From Chlamydiota bacterium (GTDB lineage Bacteria > Chlamydiota > Chlamydiia > Chlamydiales > JAAKFR01), in the NCBI GenBank assembly GCA_021772465.1, contig JAJFLX010000017.1, positions 134,531 to 198,530 on the forward strand: a stretch of DNA of 64,000 bases. The letters are read 5' to 3'. Every line of letters begins with the position of its first letter. Within the stretch, counting starts at the first letter, position 1. Both the position numbers and the translations under genes were made by a program. Below are positions 17,080-26,872 of this stretch, piece by piece. Below the pieces are notes generated by a model. The model did not search any database. It had not been told where the DNA came from and saw nothing but the letters and a program-made list of their open reading frames with translations.

Positions 17080-17133
17080 AGCTCGGGGGATTATACCTAA
17101 AACGTGAAATAATACCAAAGGTGAGAAAAGGGC

Positions 17134-19020
17134 TTACCCTTTCAAAAAAACAATCAAATCTTGTGTGACGTGGATAGCCTCATGGAGCTGAGGATCGCTC
17201 TCCACGTAGAGTTGCATCTCTTCAGAAGAGAATTCATCGGCCTCTAACGTCGAGAGGAACTTTTGGTAGTGTTTGTTTTGCTCGATGCGCGCCTTGGAGT
17301 TTTTTGCTAAAGCTTCGAGGTGGCGCTGGTAGGTCGTCACTCTCGGTTGCAAGTTGTAGCGGTAGAGCCAGCTGATCTGCTCCCGCTGCATAGCAGGGAT
17401 ATCAGAGAGGTTGTCGTGAAAATTTTCTTCGATAGAATCCGTTTCAAGAGCATATTTTGCATGCATCTCACCCAATTCCATCGCTGTGTAGAGGCCTGGA
17501 ATGACGATGTCGGGCTTGACTCCTACAAGCTGGGGGCTCTTTCCCGATACGGTGTAGTAGCGCCCACGCGTGACTTTAAATTCCCCCTTGGGATTGACCT
17601 TTCCCTCATTCGATGCGTCGAGAGTGAATGTCTGAAAAGAGCCTTTGCCGTAGGTGTGCTCGTCTCCCACTACAAGCGCTCTGCCGTAGTCTTGGAGTGT
17701 TTGAGCCACAATTTCAGCAGCCGATGCACTCGCTTTGCTCGTTAAAACGACGAGTGGACCATCATAGGCTGTCCGTCCGTCGATATCTCGAAGGTGTTCG
17801 ACTCGGCCATTGTTATCTTTGATAGAGACGACAATCCCTTTCGTAATAAACAGTCCTGTCACAGCGACAGCTTGAGGGAGCACTCCGCCGGCATTGGTGC
17901 GAAGATCGAGGATGAGGCCTTTGATTTTGTGCTCTTCCTTAATTTTTGCAATCTCTTGGAAAAGATCAGAGGCAGAAGAATTTTGTGGGTCTTGATAGAA
18001 GGCGTGGAGGCCAATTTTTGCGATCACTCCATCTCCAAAGGGGATCACTTGGGAGTCGATACGCGCCTCTTGGATTACCACTTCGCCCCGCGTGATCTCA
18101 ATCTCATGAACTTCTTCCTCGCGGAGCACCGTGATCATAACAGAAGAGCCTGCCTCTCCACGTATGAGAGCGACAGCATCCAAAATCTCCATCCCAACCA
18201 CAGGCTCTTCATCGATGGCAATGATGCGATCATCTTTCATCAAACTCGTCGCACTTGCAGGCCCCCCTTCAATCACCTTGACGACAGTGAAGCCATCGAG
18301 GTTATCCCGAAGCTGAACACCGATGCCAAAGAGGCGTTGCTGCACTTGGATCATGAATTGGGTTGCTTCTGCAGGAGTGAAGTAGGCTGTATGAGCGTCG
18401 AAAGAAGAGGCGCACGCTTTGAGGATGTTTGAAAAAACCAGTCTCTCATCCTTAGCCGAGAGCTCTTCCTCTCTAGAGAGTCTCTTTTTTTCTATCCTCT
18501 GCAAGGCTTTGTCTCGAACGCTGATATCAAGTTTGCTCGCAGCGTGCATCTGAAGCGCTTTGATCCTTTGAAGGCGGTCAAGAAGTTCCTCTTCGCTTTC
18601 AACCCACGCAATCTCCTTGAATTCCTCAATCGAAACATTTTCTGGAAGAGGGAGAGCTTGTAGTTTCGCCTCGAGTCTCTCGCGGCGCTTTATCGCGTGA
18701 ATCATCTGCTCGTGAATTGCAAAAAAAGTTTGATAGTCACCCTCTACCACTTGCCCTTGTAGCTCCTCGGCTCGGCTCAAGGGGATATCGTGCCATGAAG
18801 TAATGTCTTCTTTGAGAAAGTAGGTCTTATTGGGGTCAAGATTTTCTAAAAACTGGTTGACAATTCTCTTGATGAGAGGCGCTGTAAAGCTTTTACAAGA
18901 GACGTGCGCCTCCATCATTTTGCCTAAAATATCCTCTACATCATTGGAGTTAATTTGAGGCAGAGTCGTTCCAAAGGCTACTTGGAGCAGGAAAACGACT
19001 ATAAAGAGATATCTTCTCAT
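17134..19020 (-). CDS. ctp: Carboxy-terminal processing (tail-specific) protease, S41 family with PDZ domain
   Basis: Signal peptide MRRYLFIVVFLLQVAFG. SASAAEIVAQTLQDYGRALVVGDEHTYGKGSFQ (Ser/Lys dyad region). Confidence 0.88.
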   Translation of the reverse strand: MRRYLFIVVFLLQVAFGTTLPQINSNDVEDILGKMMEAHVSCKSFTAPLIKRIVNQFLENLDPNKTYFLKEDITSWHDIPLSRAEELQGQVVEGDYQTFFAIHEQMIHAIKRRERLEAKLQALPLPENVSIEEFKEIAWVESEEELLDRLQRIKALQMHAASKLDISVRDKALQRIEKKRLSREEELSAKDERLVFSNILKACASSFDAHTAYFTPAEATQFMIQVQQRLFGIGVQLRDNLDGFTVVKVIEGGPASATSLMKDDRIIAIDEEPVVGMEILDAVALIRGEAGSSVMITVLREEEVHEIEITRGEVVIQEARIDSQVIPFGDGVIAKIGLHAFYQDPQNSSASDLFQEIAKIKEEHKIKGLILDLRTNAGGVLPQAVAVTGLFITKGIVVSIKDNNGRVEHLRDIDGRTAYDGPLVVLTSKASASAAEIVAQTLQDYGRALVVGDEHTYGKGSFQTFTLDASNEGKVNPKGEFKVTRGRYYTVSGKSPQLVGVKPDIVIPGLYTAMELGEMHAKYALETDSIEENFHDNLSDIPAMQREQISWLYRYNLQPRVTTYQRHLEALAKNSKARIEQNKHYQKFLSTLEADEFSSEEMQLYVESDPQLHEAIHVTQDLIVFLKG

Positions 19021-19333
19021 GATTTCATCATTCCCACTTGGCCGATAAATTTCCACTATCAAATCGCAGGGGAACCATAGTTACTACACATAGTGGTAAA
19101 CTATTAAGATTTAATAAAAGTATTGCATAGAATTCAAATATTAATCAAAATGAAACACAAAATTAACCTTTTTGAGAGTTGAAGAGGGGATAGTGAGATT
19201 CAAGGGATTAAAAGCTTTTATTTATGAATACCTAAAAATTTGTTCTTGATCTCTAAATATATTTTAAGGGATAATAAATTCATGAAACAAACATATTATT
19301 AATAAGATATGAAATCATAGGGAGAAAATAAAA

Positions 19334-19801
19334 ATGGAAAATACAAGAGATAGAGCTGAATGTCAGACCTCTTGCGCGGCTTCAGAGCCCGTGAGTGTAT
19401 CTGAGACGAAGATAGTTTCGATTACAGAGGCTGCAAAGATAAATAATGTGACGCGTCAAGCTATCTATGTTGCAATTAAGCAAAAGAAGCTAAAAGCGAC
19501 AAAAAACAGTCGTTGGGAAATCAATCTCAAGGACTTAGAAGAATATCGTCAAAACAAGTACTCTCGCACCAAATCGATATTTGATGGGGAGCTACTATTT
19601 GATAATCAAAAGGGGTACTACTCTGTGAATCAGGTAGCTAAAAAGCTCGGTGTGCCGGCGCAGAAGATTTACTACGCGACCCGCACCGGTCGAATTAAAG
19701 GATGTCGTAAAGGAGCCGCTTGGGTCATTCACGAAGATGAAGTGAAGCGCTACCGCGAAGAGTACATCGAAAAGAAAGCCAAGCAGCAAGAGGCTAGCTA
19801 A
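19334..19801 (+). CDS. euo: Euo-like DNA-binding protein with two tandem helix-turn-helix repeats
   Basis: Two repeats: ITEAAKINNVTRQAIYVAIKQKKLKATK...WEINLKDLEEYR and VNQVAKKLGVPAQKIYYATRTGRIKGCRK...WVIHEDEVKRYR. Position between tsp/gltX and recJ-secDF matches euo (CT446) in Chlamydia. Long AT-rich leader. Confidence 0.55.
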   Translation: MENTRDRAECQTSCAASEPVSVSETKIVSITEAAKINNVTRQAIYVAIKQKKLKATKNSRWEINLKDLEEYRQNKYSRTKSIFDGELLFDNQKGYYSVNQVAKKLGVPAQKIYYATRTGRIKGCRKGAAWVIHEDEVKRYREEYIEKKAKQQEAS

Positions 19802-21527
19802 CCACCTGAATATCACGCACGAGTAGCTGAATGCTACTCTTGTTGTGAAAGCGGTTGACTTGGGGGGTATAGGCGATTTTCAAGGTGAGATCCTTCTTGC
19901 GAAGCGCTTGCCGTTTGCTAGCCATCCCAAAGGCGATGCCTTCGAGCATCCGGTCTCCTTGTTCTAGATAGAGCTTTAAATGTGAGCCCCCAATGACCTT
20001 TGGGGGCCACGTTTGTTTTGCGGTGCAGTAGAGCAGAGGGGGCGGGTTTTCATTACCATAAGGTTCAAAAAGTTCCAAAGAAGCCAGCAGATCATAGGTC
20101 AAATCTTTGAAGTCAGCACTCGCGTCCAGATAGAGTTTTGAGACGATGTCTTTTTCATGAAGAGCTGAATTGGCAGCGTGGATGAATCTTTTGGTGAATT
20201 TTTCAATATTTTCTTCTTTAATGGTCAATCCAGCAGCGTAGTCATGCCCTCCGTAATTGAGAAAGAGCTCGCTCGATTTTTTCAAAACAGGAAGAAGGGG
20301 GAACTCTCGGATGGTTCGGATTGAGCCCTTTCCCACACCATCTGCAATGGCAATGATCACAGTCGGACGGTTGTAGTGTTTGGCAATACGCGCTGCAATG
20401 ATAGGAATCACGCCTGGATGCCAATCATTAGCGCTAAGTACAATAGCTCGATTACACAGGAGTTCTTTTGACCTCTCGAGTTGAGCATCGATTTCAATAG
20501 AAACGAGCTGCTCAATTTTTTGTCGCTCGATATTGAATAAATCGAGCTCACTAGCAAGCTCTTCAGCTTTTTTTTCATCACGTACAAGAAGCAGCTCTAC
20601 TCCTTTGGTAGGATCTGCAACTCTTCCAAGACTATTCATGCGAGGGGCAATGCGTGAAGCGATATCTGTTGGGGTGATCTCACTGCGATCGACGCCACAA
20701 ACAGAGAAAAGTTTGATCAAACCGACCCGTTTAGTCTTTCTCAGCTGCTTGAGTCCATACCGGACGAGAATGCGGTTTTCATCAAGCAGTACGCCCATAT
20801 CAGCAATTGTCCCCAAAGCTACTAGATCGAGATAGACTTTCAGGTCGATTTTTTTTGGAGGAATGATCTTTTTTGAGACAAGGTAGTTGGTAACTGCATG
20901 GGCGAATTTAAAGGCGACTCCCACCCCAGTAAGGTCTCTATTGGGATACGTTTGACCCGGGATTTTTGGGTTGAGAAGTGCCACACACTGTGGGAGCTTA
21001 CCAGTTGGCTCATGGTGATCGGTGATAATGACATCAATCGATTCTTTGGCCAGCTCTTCCACCTCTTTTGCCCCGGAAATACCGCAGTCGACAGAGATCA
21101 TAAGGTGGCACTCATGTTCCTTAGCAAAATCGAGAGCATCGAGAAATAACCCATGCCTTTTTACACTCGGTTTGGGAACAAAGTAGTGAACCTTTGCATT
21201 CAGCTTTTTTAGGAATTCCGAGAGAAGAGCCGCACCAGTCATTCCATCGACGTCATTATCGCCATAAATAAGGATACCCTCACCTTTATCGATGGCGCGT
21301 ACCACGCGGCGCACTGCTTTTTGCATGTCGATAAATTTTCTAGGGTCGTAGAGATCGGGAAGTAGGGCGTAGAGAAAGTGGTGAATCTCGCCAAGTGACC
21401 CCAGCCCGCGCGATGCTAAAATTTGGGCTGTAATCGGATGGATATTGAACTCATTTCTAATCTCTTCTACCCACGTGGGCTCATCTTTGGGATAAATCCA
21501 TACAGGCTCGCTCTCGCTGGTGTCCAT
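19794..21527 (-). CDS. recJ: Single-stranded-DNA-specific exonuclease RecJ
   Basis: DHH motifs YGDNDVDGMTGAA, SVDCG and VIITDHHEP. DHHA1 GHDYAAG. Confidence 0.9.
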   Translation of the reverse strand: MDTSESEPVWIYPKDEPTWVEEIRNEFNIHPITAQILASRGLGSLGEIHHFLYALLPDLYDPRKFIDMQKAVRRVVRAIDKGEGILIYGDNDVDGMTGAALLSEFLKKLNAKVHYFVPKPSVKRHGLFLDALDFAKEHECHLMISVDCGISGAKEVEELAKESIDVIITDHHEPTGKLPQCVALLNPKIPGQTYPNRDLTGVGVAFKFAHAVTNYLVSKKIIPPKKIDLKVYLDLVALGTIADMGVLLDENRILVRYGLKQLRKTKRVGLIKLFSVCGVDRSEITPTDIASRIAPRMNSLGRVADPTKGVELLLVRDEKKAEELASELDLFNIERQKIEQLVSIEIDAQLERSKELLCNRAIVLSANDWHPGVIPIIAARIAKHYNRPTVIIAIADGVGKGSIRTIREFPLLPVLKKSSELFLNYGGHDYAAGLTIKEENIEKFTKRFIHAANSALHEKDIVSKLYLDASADFKDLTYDLLASLELFEPYGNENPPPLLYCTAKQTWPPKVIGGSHLKLYLEQGDRMLEGIAFGMASKRQALRKKDLTLKIAYTPQVNRFHNKSSIQLLVRDIQVVS

Positions 21528-21576
21528 TTTGTCTCATCATGTTGATCATGATTGCATCATAGCAATCTCTAGAACA

Positions 21577-24500
21577 TTATGACAAGCTCGAAGCCGATTC
21601 CTTACCATCTTCTTTTTTATGGAAGTAGAGAAGCAGAGGAGCAGCAATATAGAGAGAAGAGAGGGTGCCAAGACCTACTCCTAACGTCATGATCAGCGCA
21701 AAGTTGAAGATGGAAGCCCCACCTAGCAGCACAAGCGCTACAAGTACGCAGAGTGTTGTACCTGAAGTCATCACAGTTCGACTAAGTGTTGCATTCAAGG
21801 CGTGATTTACGATCTCATTGAAAGAGACCTTTTTCATGCTACGTGAATCCTCGCGAATCCTGTCAAAGATGATGATCGTATCGTTGAGAGAGTAGCCTAC
21901 AATAGTCATCAAGGCTGCAATCACCTGCAGATCGATTTGCATCCCCTCATAAAAGAGGTGGATGATTGCAAGTAAGCCCAGCGTGATCAGTACATCATGT
22001 GCAATCCCAATTGTAGCGCTGATCGCGTATTTGAATTCGAAGCGGAAAGTGATGTAGATCAGGATGCAAAGCAGAGCGAGCCCCAACCCAAAGAGTGCCT
22101 GATTTCTCATTGTTTCAGAGAGTTGACCACTCATCTCAGTCCAGTAGAGGTTGAGTTCATCAAGAGAGGATGGGTTGAGCTGAAGCCCTGCTGTTTCAAG
22201 CGTCTCTACAATCCAAACAATACGTGGATAAGTTTGGTAGCTAAAGAGGGGATTTTGCGGCGCAGGCGTTGAAGCAATCCCATAGAAGGGCTTTCCTGAC
22301 TGCTCCATGCTCGTCCCAAGCTGAATGCGCAGCTGATTTGGTTTGTTGAGCTCTTGGACTTGGAAGTCGCTCGGTGCTGCCCCTCCGCGAATCAGCGCCT
22401 CTTCTGCCACCAATCGATACTTAGTGTCGGGCTCTTCGAGTAGGTCGACTGTGAGAACATAGCCCCCTGTGAAGTCCATGCCAAACAAACTCTCTCTCTC
22501 TTTAACAAGAAAAAGTCCGCCCAGCACAATAATGATAGCTGAAATGGAGATAGCGAGCTTCGCTTTGCTCAAGAAATTGATCTTGGTCTCCCCAAAAATA
22601 CGTACCATTTTGAGCGCAGTGTGCTTGGGGTTTTGAACCCAGCCTGCAAAAAAGAAGCGAGTCATGAAAAGGGCTGTAAACATTGAGCTTACAATCCCGA
22701 TGATCAAAGTGAGAGCGAACCCTTTGATCGGGCCCGAGTCAAAGTTGAGCAAAATGATGGCCGCGATAATAGTTGTGAGATTCGAGTCGACAATAGCTGT
22801 ATATGCCTTCCTGTAGCCAGTAGCTACAGCAGAAGGGAGGCGGCCAGTTTGAGAAAACTCCTCTCGAATTCTTTCGAACACAAGAACATTGGCATCCACA
22901 GCCATTCCGATTGCTAAGATAATCCCTGCAATGCTCGGTAAGGTGAGCGCTGCTCCGAGGTTTTGAAGCACAGCCCAGATGATGAGCAAGTTGAAGAGAA
23001 CGGCAATGGAGGCGACAAGGCCACTGAATCGATAGAACCAACACATCATGGCAACTACCAAAATAAGCCCAAGTACCGCAGCTAATATCCCTTGCGTACG
23101 CTGCTCTTTACCAAGATCGGGACTCACATTTTCTTCTGAAAGGATATGGGGGGTAAAGCTCAAAGAGCCCGCCTTGAGGTTGGCTGCAAGCTTGTTGATC
23201 TCACGGTCGCTAAAATTTCCTGTGATTCGAGCGCTATCTCGAAGCTCTGCATTCAATGTTGGAGCATTGATTACACTTCCATTGAGAATCACTGCCATCC
23301 TCCATCCACGCCCTTTTGAAGGCGCTTCAAGTGGGGTTCCCGCTATATTTTTTTCGGAAAATTGTGAGGTCCAGGCGGAAAAGTTATCTCTCGGATTGAT
23401 TTTCTCTCCCATGTGGTCTGTCGTAGCACTTTTAACCGTGAAGTTGAGGACGTTTCCCTCTTGAGGAGCATACCCCGTTTGCACATCAGCGAGATTCGAC
23501 CCTTCAAGGGCATAGTTACGAAATACGATCAAAAGAGGGTAAGTTTGCCCCTGCCACTCGCTAAAGTCTGTTCCTCGGAATCGTGTCACAGCCGAAAGGG
23601 TGTCATCGAAAGCGCTTGTACGAGGAGGAGCTTTGGGACCAGCGAGGCGGAGCCCATTTTCGTAGAGAAGCTGAGCGTGACTTGTAAGGGGATTGAACTC
23701 ATTGGGATGATCAGCGCTCCCTCCTAGATGAGACCACGCAATTTCATTGATGCTTTCGGGGTCTGTTCTATTCGTTATAACAGCTTCGTTCCACACCTCT
23801 TCAAGGAAGAGATTGACAGCTTCAGAGAGCGTTGGATTGCCGGCAGTAAAGGTCTCGTTTACCACATTAAAAGACATCGCTGAGGCTTGGATCAGATCTG
23901 AGCCCGAGAGCCCTTGAGATCCTGGGAAGTCGAGAACGATAGTGGAGCCTTCAGTGCGGATCCCTACCTCAGAGAGACCGAGTCGATTGACGCGATTGTA
24001 GAGCTCATTGACAGCCTGTTTCAAATCGGCTTCATTTGTGATTGTTTGGTTATTTTGATCCTTAAGACCGACACGAACCGTCTTCCCTCCAGAGAGATCG
24101 AGTCCCCACTTGAGAATTTTTCGCTCATCCCCACGGAAGTATTTTAAGAAGCTGAGTTTGAAATTATTCCAGAGGACATTTTGCGTGGGCTTGGGCACGT
24201 CGTATTTTGCTTGAGAATCGATCCGAACACGGGCCTGTCTGTATTCATCACGCCACTTGAGGAGATCTTCGTGGATGCGAGTCTCAATTTTGTTGCGAGT
24301 CAAGATGCGCTGCTCCACATCGGTGAACTCGAGAAAAGCGAACTTTTTGCTCCCTTTTGCCGAAAATTCTTCTCGCGTTGCGGCTAATAGGTAGGAGTAG
24401 AAATCATCGAGCTCAAAGATGTAATCCTCAGCATAAGACTTAGGGAGACCCGAGAGAGCTCCTGAGTAACCGATAAATCCATTCTGTCTAAGCGTGTCGC

Positions 24501-26115
24501 GAAGCGAGGAGAACTGCGTTTCAAACGCTCTCTTTTCAGGACTCTCAGGAAGGCTCTCGTATTTTTTGGCAACCGCTCCAAGACCACGAGCAATCACGTA
24601 GATCGAGCTATTTCTAAACCCTTCCTTTGGGGCGCTCTCTTGGGCTGGTGCGTAGATGACGAGGCCGAGTTTTTGTTCAGTCTCTTCGAGATCCCGGTAG
24701 GTATCATAAGAGAAAATCGGGTAGTTTTCAGAAGATAGCTCTCCTGATGAGGGCTGCCAGCTCGATGTGAGGAGCTGTTTTAGTGTCTTTTCGTGCATTT
24801 CAGCTAAGGCGCCGATGTCGAGGACTAAAAGACTCGTGCTGTTGGTGATTTTATTGAGGGTGACTACAAAATTGGCTACTGCAGGTGTAATTGACTCGTC
24901 CGCATTTCGAGAAGCAAGAGCGATCTCGGCGAAGAGCAGCTGGTTCAATTTTTCACGTTCAATCGCTTTAGCTTCTGTGAGCGCCTCGCCCTCACGCAAA
25001 GCTACCACATCGTTGTGGAGGATAATGGAGAGCTCATCTTTTCCCCAATCGATGTCGATTTTGTCCACAAAGGGGTTGCGGGATCCAAGGTCAATAGTTT
25101 GAACCTTGTTGTCTCCGATTGACGCTTCGCTGAGTTTTTTAGAGAGAGACTCTCGGGTGAGAGGAGCTGAGCCTGCTTCAAAAAGCGAGGTGTTGCGTCG
25201 AACAATCGCGCTAGCCGCCTCGACTGTGCTTTTTTGACCTTCAAGCACTTCAAGTCTTTGCTTTTGGTCTGTTGGAAGGAAGCGCTCCTCTTTTTGAAGC
25301 TCACTTTGTTTCTCTTTCAAAGAGGCGATCTGTTTGCTCAGTTCTCCTCCGAGTTGATCGAGACGGCCAGCAAATTTCTGGACGAGATCACTTTTCGAGC
25401 CCACCTGGGTAAAAGAGGCGAAGTAACGCTCGGCAATAGGGCTTTGATCCCCAAAAGTGTTTTCATAATCGACAATCGTGCGAGCTAATCTTAAAACGTG
25501 CTCGGGTTGCTCTGTTCCTTTTTCGATCTCGGTGAGAATTCGAGCCGGAGCGCTTATGCCTCCAAAGCTGAGAGCCAAAGCGATGGCTCGATCATTTACA
25601 AGCTCTCTATACTCAGAGGAGATCTCTCCCTCTTTGCTCTCTTTAGGGACGTATTTGAAGTAGTCACCTAATGTTTGGGGGTCGAGGTGTACGCCCACTT
25701 TGCGTTGAACAAGTACCGTTGTCTCCTCTTGGCCCGGTGAGCGGGAAGCGGGATTGAGCTGCGCTGGGACAAAGGGAATAAGAGAGCCAGCTCTTTCGAG
25801 TATCGTCGAAAAAAAGTTCGCATCCTCTGGCTTGTTAAAGACGACTTTAGCAATTCGAGGATCGTCTTGATCTAAAGAGATGCTCTTAGGTTTGAGCCCT
25901 AGGTTTTTGGACTGCGCATGGAGCCAAGATAGAGTGAAAGCCTCCAGGCCATTGACTCGCTCAGCAATCTGCTCAGCGACCTGCATGGCTTCATGATCGC
26001 TAATGGGTTTTTTGAGTGGCTTTGAGTAGAAAAAAATAGTCGGTAAAATGTTATAAAAGGTGAGAACCACCACAGCTAGAATGAGGTAGAGTTGCCACTT
26101 TTTCCGCTTTTCCAT
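21577..26115 (-). CDS. secDF: Fused protein-export membrane protein SecD/SecF
   Basis: 1512 aa. GLDLSGGKTVRVGL (SecD P1), two blocks of six TM helices, DANVLVFERIREE and DTIIIFDRIRED. The large fusion with an extended periplasmic N-terminal domain is the chlamydial form. Confidence 0.9.
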   Translation of the reverse strand: MEKRKKWQLYLILAVVVLTFYNILPTIFFYSKPLKKPISDHEAMQVAEQIAERVNGLEAFTLSWLHAQSKNLGLKPKSISLDQDDPRIAKVVFNKPEDANFFSTILERAGSLIPFVPAQLNPASRSPGQEETTVLVQRKVGVHLDPQTLGDYFKYVPKESKEGEISSEYRELVNDRAIALALSFGGISAPARILTEIEKGTEQPEHVLRLARTIVDYENTFGDQSPIAERYFASFTQVGSKSDLVQKFAGRLDQLGGELSKQIASLKEKQSELQKEERFLPTDQKQRLEVLEGQKSTVEAASAIVRRNTSLFEAGSAPLTRESLSKKLSEASIGDNKVQTIDLGSRNPFVDKIDIDWGKDELSIILHNDVVALREGEALTEAKAIEREKLNQLLFAEIALASRNADESITPAVANFVVTLNKITNSTSLLVLDIGALAEMHEKTLKQLLTSSWQPSSGELSSENYPIFSYDTYRDLEETEQKLGLVIYAPAQESAPKEGFRNSSIYVIARGLGAVAKKYESLPESPEKRAFETQFSSLRDTLRQNGFIGYSGALSGLPKSYAEDYIFELDDFYSYLLAATREEFSAKGSKKFAFLEFTDVEQRILTRNKIETRIHEDLLKWRDEYRQARVRIDSQAKYDVPKPTQNVLWNNFKLSFLKYFRGDERKILKWGLDLSGGKTVRVGLKDQNNQTITNEADLKQAVNELYNRVNRLGLSEVGIRTEGSTIVLDFPGSQGLSGSDLIQASAMSFNVVNETFTAGNPTLSEAVNLFLEEVWNEAVITNRTDPESINEIAWSHLGGSADHPNEFNPLTSHAQLLYENGLRLAGPKAPPRTSAFDDTLSAVTRFRGTDFSEWQGQTYPLLIVFRNYALEGSNLADVQTGYAPQEGNVLNFTVKSATTDHMGEKINPRDNFSAWTSQFSEKNIAGTPLEAPSKGRGWRMAVILNGSVINAPTLNAELRDSARITGNFSDREINKLAANLKAGSLSFTPHILSEENVSPDLGKEQRTQGILAAVLGLILVVAMMCWFYRFSGLVASIAVLFNLLIIWAVLQNLGAALTLPSIAGIILAIGMAVDANVLVFERIREEFSQTGRLPSAVATGYRKAYTAIVDSNLTTIIAAIILLNFDSGPIKGFALTLIIGIVSSMFTALFMTRFFFAGWVQNPKHTALKMVRIFGETKINFLSKAKLAISISAIIIVLGGLFLVKERESLFGMDFTGGYVLTVDLLEEPDTKYRLVAEEALIRGGAAPSDFQVQELNKPNQLRIQLGTSMEQSGKPFYGIASTPAPQNPLFSYQTYPRIVWIVETLETAGLQLNPSSLDELNLYWTEMSGQLSETMRNQALFGLGLALLCILIYITFRFEFKYAISATIGIAHDVLITLGLLAIIHLFYEGMQIDLQVIAALMTIVGYSLNDTIIIFDRIREDSRSMKKVSFNEIVNHALNATLSRTVMTSGTTLCVLVALVLLGGASIFNFALIMTLGVGLGTLSSLYIAAPLLLYFHKKEDGKESASSLS

Positions 26116-26872
26116 GTTAGATCCTACTTTGACAATTAAGCATGAGAAAGTATCATCTTGCTCTCCTATCTGTCAACGAGAAGAATTTGTGACAACTATT
26201 CCAAGACATGTTGCCCTTGTGCCTGATGGCAACCGCCGCTGGGCGCGGAAGGTAGAGGATTCTTTTGGTGGGCACAGCTCTGGGGCTCAGGTGTTGCCCG
26301 AAATTGTAGCTGCTGCTTCAGATCTAGGGATTCAATTTTTGACTGTCTACGGTTTTTCCACAGAGAACTGGAATCGCCCTGAGGGTGAGGTCGCTTTGCT
26401 TTTGCAGATTTTGGAGAATTATTTGGTCGACAATCGAGAGCGCATGGTAGCGGATGGAGTCCGCTTCGATGTAATCGGAGATCTGGCCCGTTTTCCAGCT
26501 TCGATTCGCGATCAAGTGGCTCTAACAAAAGAAGATACATGCAAAGGTGAGGGGCTTGGGCTTCAACTTGCACTCAATTATGGGGGACGAGATGAGATCA
26601 AAAGAGTTTTTCAAAAGCTGGCCACGGAGGGAGTCTCTCCCTCGGAGATCACCGAGAGTGCGATTATCAGTAGACTCGATACTGCCCCATGTGGCGACCC
26701 TGATCTGCTTATAAGAACAGGAGGAGAGAGGCGGTTTAGTAACTTCTTGCTCTGGCAGCTCGCCTATACAGAAATTTATTTTACTGATGTGCTTTGGCCC
26801 GACTTTACTCCTCGCGATCTATTGGATGCTGTGCTAGATTTCCAAAAACGGACCAGGAGGATGGGGCGGTAA
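26114..26872 (+). CDS. uppS: Di-trans,poly-cis-undecaprenyl-diphosphate synthase
   Basis: HVALVPDGNRRWAR and RTGGERRFSNFLLWQLAYTEIYF. Start is uncertain: ATG 26114 overlaps the secDF start codon, and in-frame GTG 26189 is an alternative. Confidence 0.85.
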   Translation: MLDPTLTIKHEKVSSCSPICQREEFVTTIPRHVALVPDGNRRWARKVEDSFGGHSSGAQVLPEIVAAASDLGIQFLTVYGFSTENWNRPEGEVALLLQILENYLVDNRERMVADGVRFDVIGDLARFPASIRDQVALTKEDTCKGEGLGLQLALNYGGRDEIKRVFQKLATEGVSPSEITESAIISRLDTAPCGDPDLLIRTGGERRFSNFLLWQLAYTEIYFTDVLWPDFTPRDLLDAVLDFQKRTRRMGR

